DNA of 64,000 bases from Histomonas meleagridis 2922-C6/04-290x (GCA_020184695.1 JAANOX010000111.1:1-64000), one strand, 5' to 3'. Counted from the stretch's first letter, positions 42,169 through 54,027 are shown. Translations and numbers: made by a program. Notes: a model not told the origin generated them from the sequence alone.

Positions 42169-44787
42169 TTATTCGATGTTTTGGATCAGTCGTGAATAAG
42201 AAATTGCCATATTTTGAGAATCGGTTCTTAATCTCAAAAATCCGTTAATTGCGTCATTACTTAGTTCTACATTTACATTTGCAAGTACTTCTTCTCCGAA
42301 GTATGACTTTGCGTATAGATTTGCTGTTAAGAATGGCAGATCATATTCAAGATCAGTAATTGGCTTAAGTTTTGCAACATTATAAATCTTCTCGATTAAT
42401 GTCTTGAATGATTGTATTGTACTGTGAATTGGTACTTTCTTTTCCCATTCGAATTCTTCCCATTTCACTCTGAATTCAGATTGGTCGATCTTTATTGGCT
42501 CCATATAATCAGCCGTAGACACTGTCAGCACTGCTAATGGTAGTATTCTTTTCTCACTTACCATATAAGAGATTGTACCGAATACTCTTCCAGCTTCTGC
42601 TGATGTTACCTTAACGGACACCTTAACGTTCTCGGAGCACCCCGGACCCAACGATAGACCCGCCGGCCTATCGATCAGCTCTAACCGCCCAACGCAATTC
42701 AGTTCCACTTTTACATTTGAGAGGGTTACATTCGTTTGATTCAAAAGTCGGAAATCTAATGAAATGTCAAATTTGTTTGCAATTACTCGACATTCACAAA
42801 AGATTGGGTCGCTTGTGCCTGTCATTTGATATAATATTCCTTTCTTTTGTTCAATCTTCGTTATAGTTCGTGCAGGAGGATCAAACTTTTTGCCAAGAAT
42901 TGAACTAAATCCGAGCGGTTGGTCGACGGTTGTGCGGTTTTCGACGGTTTCGAGTTTCGGTTTGATGACAATTGATGAGAACTGACTCGAAATGTATGAG
43001 TTAAAGGCTTCTTCAGAAGAGTTGACAAGGATTTTCTTGATGTAATCGTCGTTTCTATTTGATAAAGCCATTAAAGCGAAACTGATTCTTTCGATTTCAC
43101 TTTCAACATTTGATCTCACAATGATCGATTTGATGAATGCTGTCGCTGATTCAGCATTAGCTTCGGGAATCCTGCAGCAAATACGTGCAAGTGATACACA
43201 AATCGCAGAAATAATGAAGGGTTCTTTGAGAATTAAATCTGTGATTTGTTCAACACTTTCAATGGGTTCATTATTGATTCGTTGTGCATAAGTTCCATCT
43301 TCCAAAACAACTGTTGTTGTATCAATGACTTCATCGTTTGTTTTATTGCTGGAAAATGTATCAATAATAATATCAACAGATTCTGGAGAGTCGGTATACA
43401 ATGATATAAGGTAAAGAGCCATTCGAATTGACTGCTGGTTACGAATATTGCCAAGTAAGTTCTCAAGTTGGACAACAATTGCATTTCGCAATTCAGGTGC
43501 TGAATTAGCAGTTTCACGGATAATAACCATTGTATCGAAAGACAGTTGTGAATCAGAGTCGACCACGAATGAACTTATACCTTCATAAACTGTTTTAATT
43601 GCGGATGGATGTGAAGCAACAATAACTCTTAATGAAGACAATAGAAGTCTCATAAACTTAATTGCATCACTTTTCTCATTCTCGCTTTGTCTTAAAGAAC
43701 TTGCATTTTGTATTTGACGGATTAATGAATTTGTGATTTCGATAACGTTCGCTGATGTTGTCAGTTTTTGAACGATAGACAGAATTTTGGCTCTGATCGG
43801 CTTCGCATTCAAAACGGAGAGGAAGTCAGAAACCATCGATTGGGCGACAGCTGTGTGCGTTGGTATCAGTTTTTCAATTTGGTCAGCAATGCTCAATTGA
43901 AGGGTGGTATTTGGAATTGTCGACATAATGTGACATAATGTGGAAATACCAGCTTTGGATGCAGTTTGGGTGGAGGTAAGCTGAAGGAGAGTAAGTGCAG
44001 ATTCAAGTTGGACACCAGGTGATGGAGATTCAAGTAATTCGGTTAATGCAGGGAGATATGTGGACTTCTTCTGGTCACTACAAAGGCTTTTGATGAGAGC
44101 TGTGGCTGTTAGTTGCATTGGTTGAGGTAATGAAAGAAGTGAATGCGATACAATTTCATCAAGAAATTCAGTTGCAAGATTCCTGGATATATCACAAAGT
44201 ACAAGGAAAGCAACGCGCTTACAGGCAAAGTCTTCTTCCGTGCGAAGTAATTCAGCAATATCCATTGGAGCATCTGGAGCAAGTTCTGGCCACTTCTGAT
44301 GGATTCGACCAATGGCAACAACAGCATGACGCCTTACATAAGCTGATTTGTGGTGAAGCGATTGGCAAATTGTTGATGTTAATGGGCCTAACAATTCTGG
44401 TTCTTGGAATTTTGAAGCAAAACGAAGAGCTGCAGCTCGAAGATATTCGTTGGGATGTGTTAAATCTTTCATGAGGGCATCAGTAATTAAAATATATTCT
44501 TGTTTTAGTTTTCCGTTGTTATCTCTTGTTTCAACAGTTTCATAATACAAAAACATAAGTTTCTTAAGTGTATGATCTTGAGATGTAGAAACATTCATGA
44601 TCACTGTCATAATAACAGAATCAGGTGGTTGATCTCCTGATGATTGAAATCTGATTAAATCACCTAAACCTTTTGCTTGAATTGCTGGATTATTTCTGTT
44701 TCTGATATTTTCTTCAATTTCATCCCATCTTGGTGCTGCATCTTTAGGTTGGGTAAAAAATGACGAATAAATTTCCTCTTTCGTCAT
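42169..44787 (-). CDS. COPB1: Coatomer subunit beta
   Basis: ATG at 44787 after TCACTTTTCATT (Inr-like). DHTLKKLMFLYYE, DLTHPNEYLRAAALRF, HKSAYVRRHAV, QMTGTSDPIFCE and FRVKWEEFEWEKKV. Confidence 0.95.
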   Translation of the reverse strand: MTKEEIYSSFFTQPKDAAPRWDEIEENIRNRNNPAIQAKGLGDLIRFQSSGDQPPDSVIMTVIMNVSTSQDHTLKKLMFLYYETVETRDNNGKLKQEYILITDALMKDLTHPNEYLRAAALRFASKFQEPELLGPLTSTICQSLHHKSAYVRRHAVVAIGRIHQKWPELAPDAPMDIAELLRTEEDFACKRVAFLVLCDISRNLATEFLDEIVSHSLLSLPQPMQLTATALIKSLCSDQKKSTYLPALTELLESPSPGVQLESALTLLQLTSTQTASKAGISTLCHIMSTIPNTTLQLSIADQIEKLIPTHTAVAQSMVSDFLSVLNAKPIRAKILSIVQKLTTSANVIEITNSLIRQIQNASSLRQSENEKSDAIKFMRLLLSSLRVIVASHPSAIKTVYEGISSFVVDSDSQLSFDTMVIIRETANSAPELRNAIVVQLENLLGNIRNQQSIRMALYLISLYTDSPESVDIIIDTFSSNKTNDEVIDTTTVVLEDGTYAQRINNEPIESVEQITDLILKEPFIISAICVSLARICCRIPEANAESATAFIKSIIVRSNVESEIERISFALMALSNRNDDYIKKILVNSSEEAFNSYISSQFSSIVIKPKLETVENRTTVDQPLGFSSILGKKFDPPARTITKIEQKKGILYQMTGTSDPIFCECRVIANKFDISLDFRLLNQTNVTLSNVKVELNCVGRLELIDRPAGLSLGPGCSENVKVSVKVTSAEAGRVFGTISYMVSEKRILPLAVLTVSTADYMEPIKIDQSEFRVKWEEFEWEKKVPIHSTIQSFKTLIEKIYNVAKLKPITDLEYDLPFLTANLYAKSYFGEEVLANVNVELSNDAINGFLRLRTDSQNMAISYSRLIQNIE

Positions 44788-45545
44788 AATGAAAAGTGAC
44801 AAATAAATGCAACAGACCAAATAATTAACGGTTTTGTCAGCATCCACACTTTGAGTAAAAAGTTTTAAGAAATTAAATTATTATTTATTTAAGTAACAAT
44901 AACAATATCATGTGAATGTTCTGGTTCATTGTTCATGTTCCTTTTGAAAAGAATTAAGTATTTCATTAAGTTGAAATCTAATTCATAATCAAGTGCAGGA
45001 ATTAAAAAGAATAAAATAATTTGAATAAATTTAAGTATATTTCTTATTTTAGTTTTCTCTATTTTTTAAATAAATCTATTTTTATGCTAATAAACAAATT
45101 GTCATCATTTGGATTGAATAAAAATAATATAAGAGTCAAGAAATAAGTTATATACTTAACTACCTCAGAAAAAAATGATTTCAAAAAATTGAAAATCTGA
45201 ATTTTTTCCTCACGTGATAAAAATAAAATTAAATTATAATATGAAATAAAAAACTGCTATTATTATATGTTGTATCAAATTTTCGTATTTTTTGTATTTT
45301 GCTTATAATATTGATGAAATAATTTTTTTCAATTATTCTTACTTTTTCTTCATGCATACATAACATCTCCTAAACTCAAAGAATATACCATAGATAACAA
45401 TATGTCGTGCTGGATCGGAATATGTATCTTAAAATTAGTACCAAAATTTTCAATAATTTTTAGATTTTGACTGCACTATGAAAACCGTTATAATTCAATT
45501 AAAACGGTTATGACGATAGGTACAAACAGAATATTAAAAATTCAA

Positions 45546-46013
45546 ATGTTAACAGTCGACCGTTCTCCCAGAGCTAATAGGCAAGTTTGGTGTAAGTACT
45601 GCAACACCTTTGTGCACAATGATATTAAAAGCATAAATCACCACAATTCACATATTACTCATATCGTAAATGTTAAAAAATACGAGCAAAAACAAAAGGC
45701 AGAACGAATACATGAACAACAAAAAAATGAGCTCATTGATGCAGAGCTTGATATCATAAGAGCCAAAGCACAACAACAATATTTTGTGCAAGATGTTGCG
45801 AAACAAAACTTAGATTCTGTTCGAAAAAGTCAAGAAGAAATTCAAGAAAACATAGACATAGCAAAATCTCTTTATGGTGAAGAAGTTTTCAAAGAACTTA
45901 TGGAACCAAAAAAGAAGATCAACAAAGTCGATGCATATAATTCAATTATGAAATCCCTACCAACAAGAATACCAAAGAAGTTCAGAAGGCCAATAAATGA
46001 GTTTAAAGAGTAA
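45546..46013 (+). CDS. U1-C/matrin-type zinc-finger protein (WBP4-like N-terminus)
   Basis: WCKYCNTFVHND..SINHHNSHITHIVNV followed by a coiled coil. Start may be 45510 or 45546. Confidence 0.65.
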   Translation: MLTVDRSPRANRQVWCKYCNTFVHNDIKSINHHNSHITHIVNVKKYEQKQKAERIHEQQKNELIDAELDIIRAKAQQQYFVQDVAKQNLDSVRKSQEEIQENIDIAKSLYGEEVFKELMEPKKKINKVDAYNSIMKSLPTRIPKKFRRPINEFKE

Positions 46014-46341
46014 TGCAATTCCAATTGTAATTATCCTTCTTTTACTTTAAGCATCAATGACTCTAAAGCGAAAAAATAACTTCATGTGAGATATACACAT
46101 CTTTTTTCTTACACATAAATACTAACGAAATACTGATTTTATCAATAAATTATATTTCTGTTTTTTGCATTAAATGGTAATATTCTTTTTTTAAAGGTAT
46201 CATGTAGAACAAACTACAAATCATGAGCACATTATTTAAAAGTTCCAAAGATGCTCAGAACAAACTCATTCCGCGTTGGGGTGTCCCTTTTGAAATATTT
46301 CGGGTGCCCCAACGATTCAATTGACAACGTTCAAAAAGCAA

Positions 46342-46779
46342 ATGTCTAAGGAGAACATGACATCTGCCCAATTCATGGACAGAGTTCGCCAACAGATGGC
46401 TGAAGTTAAGAGGTTGAAAGCTGAGTTTGATCAGCTCAATATTATTTATAAAGAGAAATCAAAAACACCAGAAGAATTAATTGAATTAAGAAAAGAAGTT
46501 GATAAACTTAAAAAAAAGCAAAAGAAATTAGACGCCCAAATTGCTGAGCTCCCACCAAAGTATAGGGTTCCTCCTGTTGAAATTGACTGTCATCAAAGAC
46601 ATCCAAATGAAAACCAAAGATTGTTCCCACCAAAGGATGAAGACGCAAAGAAACATGGTAGGGTTGCCTACGTTGGTCCTAAAGATTTCATTTGCCATCC
46701 TCCTCCTGATGAAATTCCTCAGAAGTGCAAGGGTCTTCCAGTTGTAATTGCAAGGCTTACGTGCGACTTTCAAGAGTAA
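46342..46779 (+). CDS. Hypothetical coiled-coil protein
   Basis: First ATG at 46342; coding-like composition; family not recognised. Confidence 0.7.
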   Translation: MSKENMTSAQFMDRVRQQMAEVKRLKAEFDQLNIIYKEKSKTPEELIELRKEVDKLKKKQKKLDAQIAELPPKYRVPPVEIDCHQRHPNENQRLFPPKDEDAKKHGRVAYVGPKDFICHPPPDEIPQKCKGLPVVIARLTCDFQE

Positions 46780-47132
46780 AAATGTTTTCCCTACTTTCTT
46801 ATTCCATTTAATAAACTTCGTCATTCATCAAAGTTAATAAAATCAATTATTGTCATGACAACGTAATTAAATAAGTGCTGAATAGGATACGATATAAAAC
46901 AATTTTCATTTATTTTTATTGATAAAAAAGATCAACTTTCTCATGACAAATTATTTTTAACGATAGATACGATAACTGATATTTTGAAACCAAAACGATC
47001 GTTTTTCAATTCATAATCTCTACGATATATTCTTTATGAGCAATTTCTCATTCGAAATATCAAATTAAAAAATTTTTTATTCAGAACCCGAAATAACTTT
47101 GAAAGAGAAAAATCAGTAAAACATTTTTTAGT

Positions 47133-47891
47133 TTATGCAAGAGCTGAGATTTGAGCAGACAAATCCACAGACCGGGAGAGCATTTCTTCAGCAGATTTAG
47201 TCCTAGCTTCAATTTGCGGGTGGAATATAATTGTTTCTTGGTCTTCGTCAATTACCCAATTTCTCATTTGTACAAATTGAACACATTCTTCAAGTGAAGG
47301 AAACTCGAGCATATTTAAAAGTTCGGTCAACATTAAGCTTGGATATGCCCTTTCTATGGAATCTGCGTGGTTATTTCGGACGCGATCAAGCAAATCACCA
47401 GTGAACTGATGAAATAATTGTGAAGGTGGATGGCTTTCTAATGCAAATAATCGTGCAAATGAGTTGTCTATGATTGATTGATGAAGACATTTTGCATATT
47501 CAATATATTCATTTTCATGAATTAATGATTGTGCAATCTGTAATTCTATGTTAAATTCGACAAGTTTTTGATGAGTTAAGCAGTAAACTAAGTGAATAGA
47601 AATTAAAAGTGGCATTTTGTCTGAAATAGGTAAATTTGTTTCCCTAAAATAATAGCATGTTAATTGTGACATAGCTCGTTCAAAACCATCTGCGCATTTC
47701 ATTTGTATATTTAAGAGAGCATCGTATTCAAGGACACTGCGATGAATAACTTTATATACATTTTCATTAATTTTTGGGAAAAGCTCTATTTTGAGTTCAT
47801 CTATAAGAGATTCTGCAATTTGTGGGTCGAACTCCCCTTCAAAAATACTTTTTAATTTTTCGAATTTTGTGTCTATAGATAGCTCAGACAT
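47133..47891 (-). CDS. RPN12: 26S proteasome lid subunit Rpn12/PSMD8
   Basis: LEYDALLNIQ..FERAMSQLTCYY, LVEFNIELQ and LLDRVRNNHADSIERAYPSL; ATG at 47891. Confidence 0.88.
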   Translation of the reverse strand: MSELSIDTKFEKLKSIFEGEFDPQIAESLIDELKIELFPKINENVYKVIHRSVLEYDALLNIQMKCADGFERAMSQLTCYYFRETNLPISDKMPLLISIHLVYCLTHQKLVEFNIELQIAQSLIHENEYIEYAKCLHQSIIDNSFARLFALESHPPSQLFHQFTGDLLDRVRNNHADSIERAYPSLMLTELLNMLEFPSLEECVQFVQMRNWVIDEDQETIIFHPQIEARTKSAEEMLSRSVDLSAQISALA

Positions 47892-47908
47892 TACAAGTGG
47901 CGAGCTTG

Positions 47909-47917
47909 TCACTTTTT
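47909..47917 (-). promoter_or_regulatory. AAAAAGTGAC element upstream of RPN12
   Basis: AAAGTGAC-type motif about 18 nt before the ATG, resembling a core-promoter motif I recall for T. vaginalis. Confidence 0.45.
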
Positions 47918-48514
47918 GTCAGCATGTAAACGGTCTGTGCCTTTACTCAGGAATTTATTTTGAATCAGAAATTATCTTAAATGAATGTAGATTAACTAAT
48001 ACAAATGAAAAGCTTTAAAGAAGTTTCTTAAAAAATCATTAATTTTTTGAGGTCATACATTTCTCATTAATTTTTTATGAAATTCTTAAATTAAGAATCC
48101 ATATGATAGACTATTTATTTATATTATCCGCATTTTTATTTAGAGCTTTAATCATTTTTGCAAAGTTATGAAAATCACTTGTGCTCTTATGTTTATTCTT
48201 AAAGGAATCTTTTCTACAAATTTTCACAATAGTATGGTAATGTTTATTTGATTTGACAAAATGGGTAAATCATAAAGTTTGTAAATTTTGAAAAATGAGT
48301 ATTTTAAGTTCCAATATTTGTTTAACTTTAAATTCTAGTCAATAGAAGAAGGTGATTATATTTTTATGAGACATTATATAAACACATAAACATTCCACAT
48401 TTTTAAACTAAAATAAAATGATTATTTCTGAGAAGAAACGCATATAAATAAAACTTTTAATGGAAAATTCAAATTTGTTTAAACAAAATATTTTTATTTA
48501 TTCGAATTGCTGAA

Positions 48515-48835
48515 ACTAAATTTGTTCTCGAAATTTATATTCTTTTTAAAATGGATCATTTTCAATATTCTTCATTTGCAATTCGGATGAAAACATTGTT
48601 TCATTATCTTTTTTTCATCCACAACATTCGATTCGACATCAATTTGTAACTGTGTTATAAGTGTTAGAATATACAAATTTGTTAGAGTATACCGGTATAT
48701 TCGATTTAGTCAATGTTTCTGTGCTCGAAAGATATAATGGAGTTGTTTCATGTGTAACATTAAATTGCTCAAATGTAGGGTCAGTGTATGATTCTGCTAC
48801 CATAACAGTATGCGCCGGTGCTGCGAATGCTGTTT
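48515..48835 (-). pseudogene. Remnant of a BspA/Pmp-type surface protein stalk and tail
   Basis: Reads TLTKSNIPVYSNKFVYSNTYN..KNIENDPF*KEYKFREQI, compared with NIDEDPFAADFKEEKF at the end of 59105-61396. Contains stops and lacks a TM segment. Confidence 0.6.
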
Positions 48836-49394
48836 AGCTAATGATTAGACATGTTTATCTTTCATGAAATATTTTTGTAGAATAGATGATAATAAATAAT
48901 GATGCCATAAATGGGACATCACGCTAAAAATATTTTTTTTTGTTTTATTGTGAAAAAGAATCAGCTTCCAAATGATATTTTATATATATATATTTGGAAA
49001 TGTAAAAAATCCTCAAGAAAAAAAAGAAACCAATCCAAATAATCATTTAAGAAGTATTGATGCCCACATATCTAGAAATAAATTGAAAGATTTTCATTTT
49101 ATGTTAAAGTTATAAACAAAAAATTCGGACAACAATTTCAACTCTTTGAGTTTGATTTCTGATAATTGTACTTATTAACATCTGTAAATACCTTGAAATT
49201 CAAATCGAAACATAACGTGTTAATACAACCGTTTATAAGGTTTTGAAAGGGGTTAAATTTTGATTAATTTATTGATCGTTTCGAACTCAAAATTGTTCTC
49301 CGATATTTTTTGTAAGATTTTATCAGGGCACCCCGCGCCCGAAATCATCGGTGCCTATCTCTGAAATAACTGCTTACAAAAACCAGTTTTTCCG

Positions 49395-50051
49395 ATGCCA
49401 ACATACATACTCGATTTTGTTGTCGAGTGTGCAAAATTCGTTTCGGTACCAAATTTCCCAATTCAGTATGCTTGGATGAAATTTAAGGCTGATGGAATTA
49501 ATCAAACTATCAGTACAGCTCAAATTCGACCATCAAACTGTATGGAATTTAACAAAAGTGTGAGGTTCATTCTAAACCTTGATAGACTTAATGGTTATCA
49601 CCTTGCAGCAAGCTTTAATATAATCCCATATAACCAAACAGAAAGTCAAGTATATGCTCTTGCGCAAGTTAGACTCAACGAGCTTCCCTTTGGGAATCCT
49701 CGTCGTCTTTCATTTCCACTCATGAGTAATCTTGATACATCTGTTGTTGCAATTCAAGTAACAATATTTGCAACGATATCAGAGCTTCAACCAATTCCTC
49801 AACCACAAGTTATACAAATACCAGCCGCACAATTCCAGCCTGTTTATCAAGAACCATTTGCTTATCCTCAATATATACCTGCATTTCAACAACAAATCCC
49901 TTGGCCAGGGAATTACCAGCCCCTTCAGCCACAACATTTTCCGCAACTGCAACATCAACAAAATCAAACAAATCCAGTCAATACATATCAAAATCATGCG
50001 CCTGCTCAACGCGCTATTACTCGGCGTTTTGGCAAATATCCAAAGAAATGA
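49395..50051 (+). CDS. C2-like domain protein with a Gln/Pro-rich tail
   Basis: Beta-rich N-terminus (YILDFVVECAK..MEFNKSVRF..YALAQVRL) and a Q/P/Y-rich C-terminus. Confidence 0.65.
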   Translation: MPTYILDFVVECAKFVSVPNFPIQYAWMKFKADGINQTISTAQIRPSNCMEFNKSVRFILNLDRLNGYHLAASFNIIPYNQTESQVYALAQVRLNELPFGNPRRLSFPLMSNLDTSVVAIQVTIFATISELQPIPQPQVIQIPAAQFQPVYQEPFAYPQYIPAFQQQIPWPGNYQPLQPQHFPQLQHQQNQTNPVNTYQNHAPAQRAITRRFGKYPKK

Positions 50052-50179
50052 AAAGAAGTCGGACTTCTCTTTTATATTGTTTGTAATAAATATTTATATT
50101 TTCGGTTTTACTTTTTATGAATTCGGAAAATTTCCATTTCACAAAACCATTGAATGCTTCAAGCCAAATGCACTAAATT

Positions 50180-50880
50180 TCAAATGTAAGAAGAACAGTT
50201 ATTTCATCTTAATGAAGAATGCAAAAGTATTATTTAAAGATTCATTTTGTGATAATAATATGAATTTTACTACTTCATGTTTATAGAACAAAAGCAGGGG
50301 AATGATCAACATTACAATGCATGGAATTTATGGAAAAGGAAATTTTTTCAAAAAGCTTATGAAAAAGGGGCTTCAGATGCGCTTTACAAAATAGGAGCAT
50401 GCACACTTAGGGAATGGTGTCGAATGAGTCATAACATAATGCATGAAGTAAGAAAGCATTTACTGTTGAAGTCAATCTAAACTTGGCTTCTCTTTATTTC
50501 TTTGGTATAAATGAACTTCCAAGGATATTAATGTAAAAAGAAGCTGATTTTGGAAGTCCACAAGCCCATTTTTAAACTTGGTGTTTTTTATAATCGTGAA
50601 TGTGACTGCAAAGTCAAAGGACATAAACATTTGGTCATTTTATAATTGCATCAAAGGATGGAAATGCTTCTGCTGTAATTCATATTGGTCATTTCTTTCT
50701 TACAGTAAACATTGGGTGTTGTTCAGAAAGACACTACTAAACCAAAATGGATGGCTTTAAAAGCTGCTAGAGCAGGTGACTTTAATAAATAATATAATTT
50801 TAGTGACTTTTATGAAGCTGCCGATGGTTGTCCGTACTCAAGATAATGTTTTTGGGAAGCAGGTCAAAAAGAACAAATAC
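50180..50880 (+). pseudogene. Decayed Sel1-like repeat gene
   Basis: Fragments KEADFGSPQAHF*..LGVFYN, DGNASAVIHIGHFF, GVVQKDTTK and KAARAGD in shifting frames. Confidence 0.65.
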
Positions 50881-51578
50881 AAGCTTCAATGAAACCAAGA
50901 ACGAATTATTCTATTACTAATAGCAGAAAGTGTGTGTTTTCCTGCTAAAACAAATTTAGATATTATTAACAAATCCTTTTCCTCAAATGACATTACATTG
51001 TAAACAAATTTTAAAATTGCAGAAAAATCAGGCGATATATCGAAATTTAGGTGATGTATTTGTTTAGTGTAAGTCAAAAATAGTTTCCATTCCTAATGTG
51101 AAGAGTCTGTCCGATAGGGGGGTTGACAGGCAATTGAATAGCAAACGATTGTTTTCTATTCAATTTTTGAATTGCTAGTAAATAAATTATAGGGAATAAA
51201 TTTATAATAAAATTTAAGGTTTTGTTTAAATTCAAAAATTATACATTATAATCTGAAATTAAAAAAAAAAAATGATTTTCGAAAAAAACTTGTTAAATCA
51301 AAAATTTAGTCAATGAAACCAATATTAAATATTAGCTAACATCTCTTCATTTTAAAACCAAAAAATGGAAATCATTTCTCTATGAATAATAAGTTTTATT
51401 ATAAAATTCATTTTCTAAAATCATGAAACACATCTAAAATAATCATTTCATAAAATATTTGGTAAAAATTATTTTGTTTAAATAATATTTTATTTGGTCA
51501 TGTTACAAATGATTTAAACGGTCATAAGTTTTATCTATTTGGGGCACCCCTTTTGATTTAGTACAAAACTGCTATTTG

Positions 51579-52754
51579 ATGACTAATGATCCTCAAACAT
51601 TTCAGGCGTGCATTGATAAAATAGTTTCCCAATATAATCAGCTCGTTGCTGAGAACAAAGAACTCAAAAAACAGAACAAGAAATTACAAGCACAACTTAA
51701 TTCCCTTCAAACAAAACCCTCATCACCACCAATGGGATCATTTCCCGATCTTACCAAGAACAAGAAGAAGGCGAAAATGAAGATTCAAGTCGAATGGACC
51801 ACAATTCAATACGACTTTTCAGATTCAATTCTTTGCGTTCATCGTTCCAAAGATTTATTAGCCTTTGGTCTCACAGACAGTAGTGTTATATTATTTTCGC
51901 AACAATTAATGAGTAAAGTCGGAGTATTCCAAGGACATAAAGGTTGCATTAATGACATTATTACCGATCCTAAGACCGGCTTATTTGCAGCATGTTCTGG
52001 AGATGGAACTGTTAGCATATGGGACTTTGGTTATAATGATGCTCCATTCCATTCCCAACGGAAAGGTTCATTTAGCGAAAATATCACTTCTAACATTACC
52101 TTATCTTCACAATCTGGGCCTGTTTTATGTGGCGCGTGGCTTCCAGACAACTCACATCTCGTTACAGGCTCTGGTTCCAACATCAATTTTTGGGACATTG
52201 GACATTCACAAACGCCGACTCGAATCGAAGCACTTAACAGTAATGTGTTATGTATGGATTCATCCATAGATCCTAGTAATGTAGCTTTTGGGGCAGGTTT
52301 ATATACTGGCGAAGTTGCATTCTATGATACACGCGTTGAACGAAGTGTATTTAGTGTATCACATTCGAAGGGGCAAATAGTTAGTTGCAAATTCGTACAA
52401 GGGAACATCCCACGAATGGTTAGCGCAGGAACAGATAAATCTTTACGTGATTGGGACTTAAGATTTACTGCTGATTCGAAAAGGTCTTATGACATTGATC
52501 ATGTGCCAACAAAAATTGATGTAGCACAACAATATGTGGCAGTACCAACTGAAACTAGTAGAACAAGGTTCATAAACCTGGAAAGACAGTCCATAATCCC
52601 TTTGGCTTCGATGCCATTCTCGTACACAGTTTCAAGTTGCGCATTCATGAATGATGACGCATCAAAGTTGATGTGCGGTTCATGGGACGGAACGGCGGCT
52701 TACGCTCAAATCTCATTGAATGTTGGAGAACAGCCACAGAAAAATCGGTCGTAA
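51579..52754 (+). CDS. WD40-repeat protein with an N-terminal coiled coil (WDR37-like architecture)
   Basis: First ATG at 51579; GHKGCIND..SGDGTVSIWD, INFWD, SLRDWD and GSWDG. Confidence 0.85.
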   Translation: MTNDPQTFQACIDKIVSQYNQLVAENKELKKQNKKLQAQLNSLQTKPSSPPMGSFPDLTKNKKKAKMKIQVEWTTIQYDFSDSILCVHRSKDLLAFGLTDSSVILFSQQLMSKVGVFQGHKGCINDIITDPKTGLFAACSGDGTVSIWDFGYNDAPFHSQRKGSFSENITSNITLSSQSGPVLCGAWLPDNSHLVTGSGSNINFWDIGHSQTPTRIEALNSNVLCMDSSIDPSNVAFGAGLYTGEVAFYDTRVERSVFSVSHSKGQIVSCKFVQGNIPRMVSAGTDKSLRDWDLRFTADSKRSYDIDHVPTKIDVAQQYVAVPTETSRTRFINLERQSIIPLASMPFSYTVSSCAFMNDDASKLMCGSWDGTAAYAQISLNVGEQPQKNRS

Positions 52755-53064
52755 ATAAAACTCTTTTTTGAATTATTTACTTTTTTGACGTTTTTAATGA
52801 ATTAGATTTGATATTAAAGTTTCTCTTTTTTCTTCATTAATTAATATCTAATTGTGTTTTCTTAGACATATATTGAGTAAAAATTGAGGTTTTCCTATTA
52901 GAATGTTGAAATTTTATATGTTGGATATTGGCATTCGTGAAATATCGAGAACGTTTAAATTCACCAATACAACGGTTCTATAAACCACACAAAAACTTAC
53001 TTTATTCTGTTGAATTCAATTGAATCAGTTATCTCGCCAAGAAAAATTATTCGGCCTCTTGAAT

Positions 53065-54027
53065 ATGTCTTCAGATTCAGAAATAGAGGCTCAGAGTACA
53101 CCAGTAATATACTCACCTTTGCCAAACAATAGATTTTGCCAACAATCGCTTCCGGGGATACGACCATTTTTAACACCATTTCGTGCAATTGTTCTTTATC
53201 TTATAGTTGGCATTATAACATTAGCCCTTGGAATATTTTTCTACATTAATCATAATGATAATCGCCCAGTTGAAGTCCGTTATGATAACCTTTGTCCATA
53301 TACCACTCAAAATTGCACTGTTCCCATTAACATTCCAAAACGCTTATCAGGACACATTCAAATCAAGTACAAACTTACAAACTTTTATCAAAATCATCGT
53401 AGATTTGATATGTCTAAATCAGAAGAACAACTTGCAGGATCTTACGTTTCTTTCAGCAGCTTGTCCAACTGTGCTCCTTATCGGTCTATTGGAGATGTTG
53501 ATAATCAATCATTATATTATCTTCCATGTGGATTATTCCCACTTACTGTCTTTAATGATACGTTTACATGGTTGTCCGATCCTTCTATGTTTAGTGAGTC
53601 TGGTATTGCCTTTTCTAGTGAAAAAGAAGATCTATACAAAAATATCAGCTCGGAGTATACCGCTGGAATCAGATGGCTCGATGAATCCCCACTATTTCCC
53701 GGGGGCTCAACAGATGAGCACTTCATTGTATGGATGAGAACAGGCGCATTACCAACAATTGTCAAACCTTATTCACATTGCAACGATTGTACAATTGAAC
53801 CAGGCAATTACTCGATCGAAATAGACTCAAACTATCCGACTGAGCACTTCGGTGGTTATAAGTACATAATGGTTGTAGAAGAAAAAACTTTAAGATCTGA
53901 TGAAAACTTGCTCGGATACGCATATATGGTATGTGGTGCAGTAACATTGGCATATGCAATTGTGTTGGGAATTGCTGAATTAGTAGCACCGAGACCTCTC
54001 GGAGAGAAGAAGAGGAAGAATTATTAA
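53065..54027 (+). CDS. CDC50: Cdc50/Lem3 family P4-ATPase beta subunit
   Basis: FCQQSLPG, YKLTNFYQNHRRF, PCGL..FNDTF and EHFIVWMRTGALPT; two TMs; first ATG at 53065. Confidence 0.92.
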   Translation: MSSDSEIEAQSTPVIYSPLPNNRFCQQSLPGIRPFLTPFRAIVLYLIVGIITLALGIFFYINHNDNRPVEVRYDNLCPYTTQNCTVPINIPKRLSGHIQIKYKLTNFYQNHRRFDMSKSEEQLAGSYVSFSSLSNCAPYRSIGDVDNQSLYYLPCGLFPLTVFNDTFTWLSDPSMFSESGIAFSSEKEDLYKNISSEYTAGIRWLDESPLFPGGSTDEHFIVWMRTGALPTIVKPYSHCNDCTIEPGNYSIEIDSNYPTEHFGGYKYIMVVEEKTLRSDENLLGYAYMVCGAVTLAYAIVLGIAELVAPRPLGEKKRKNY

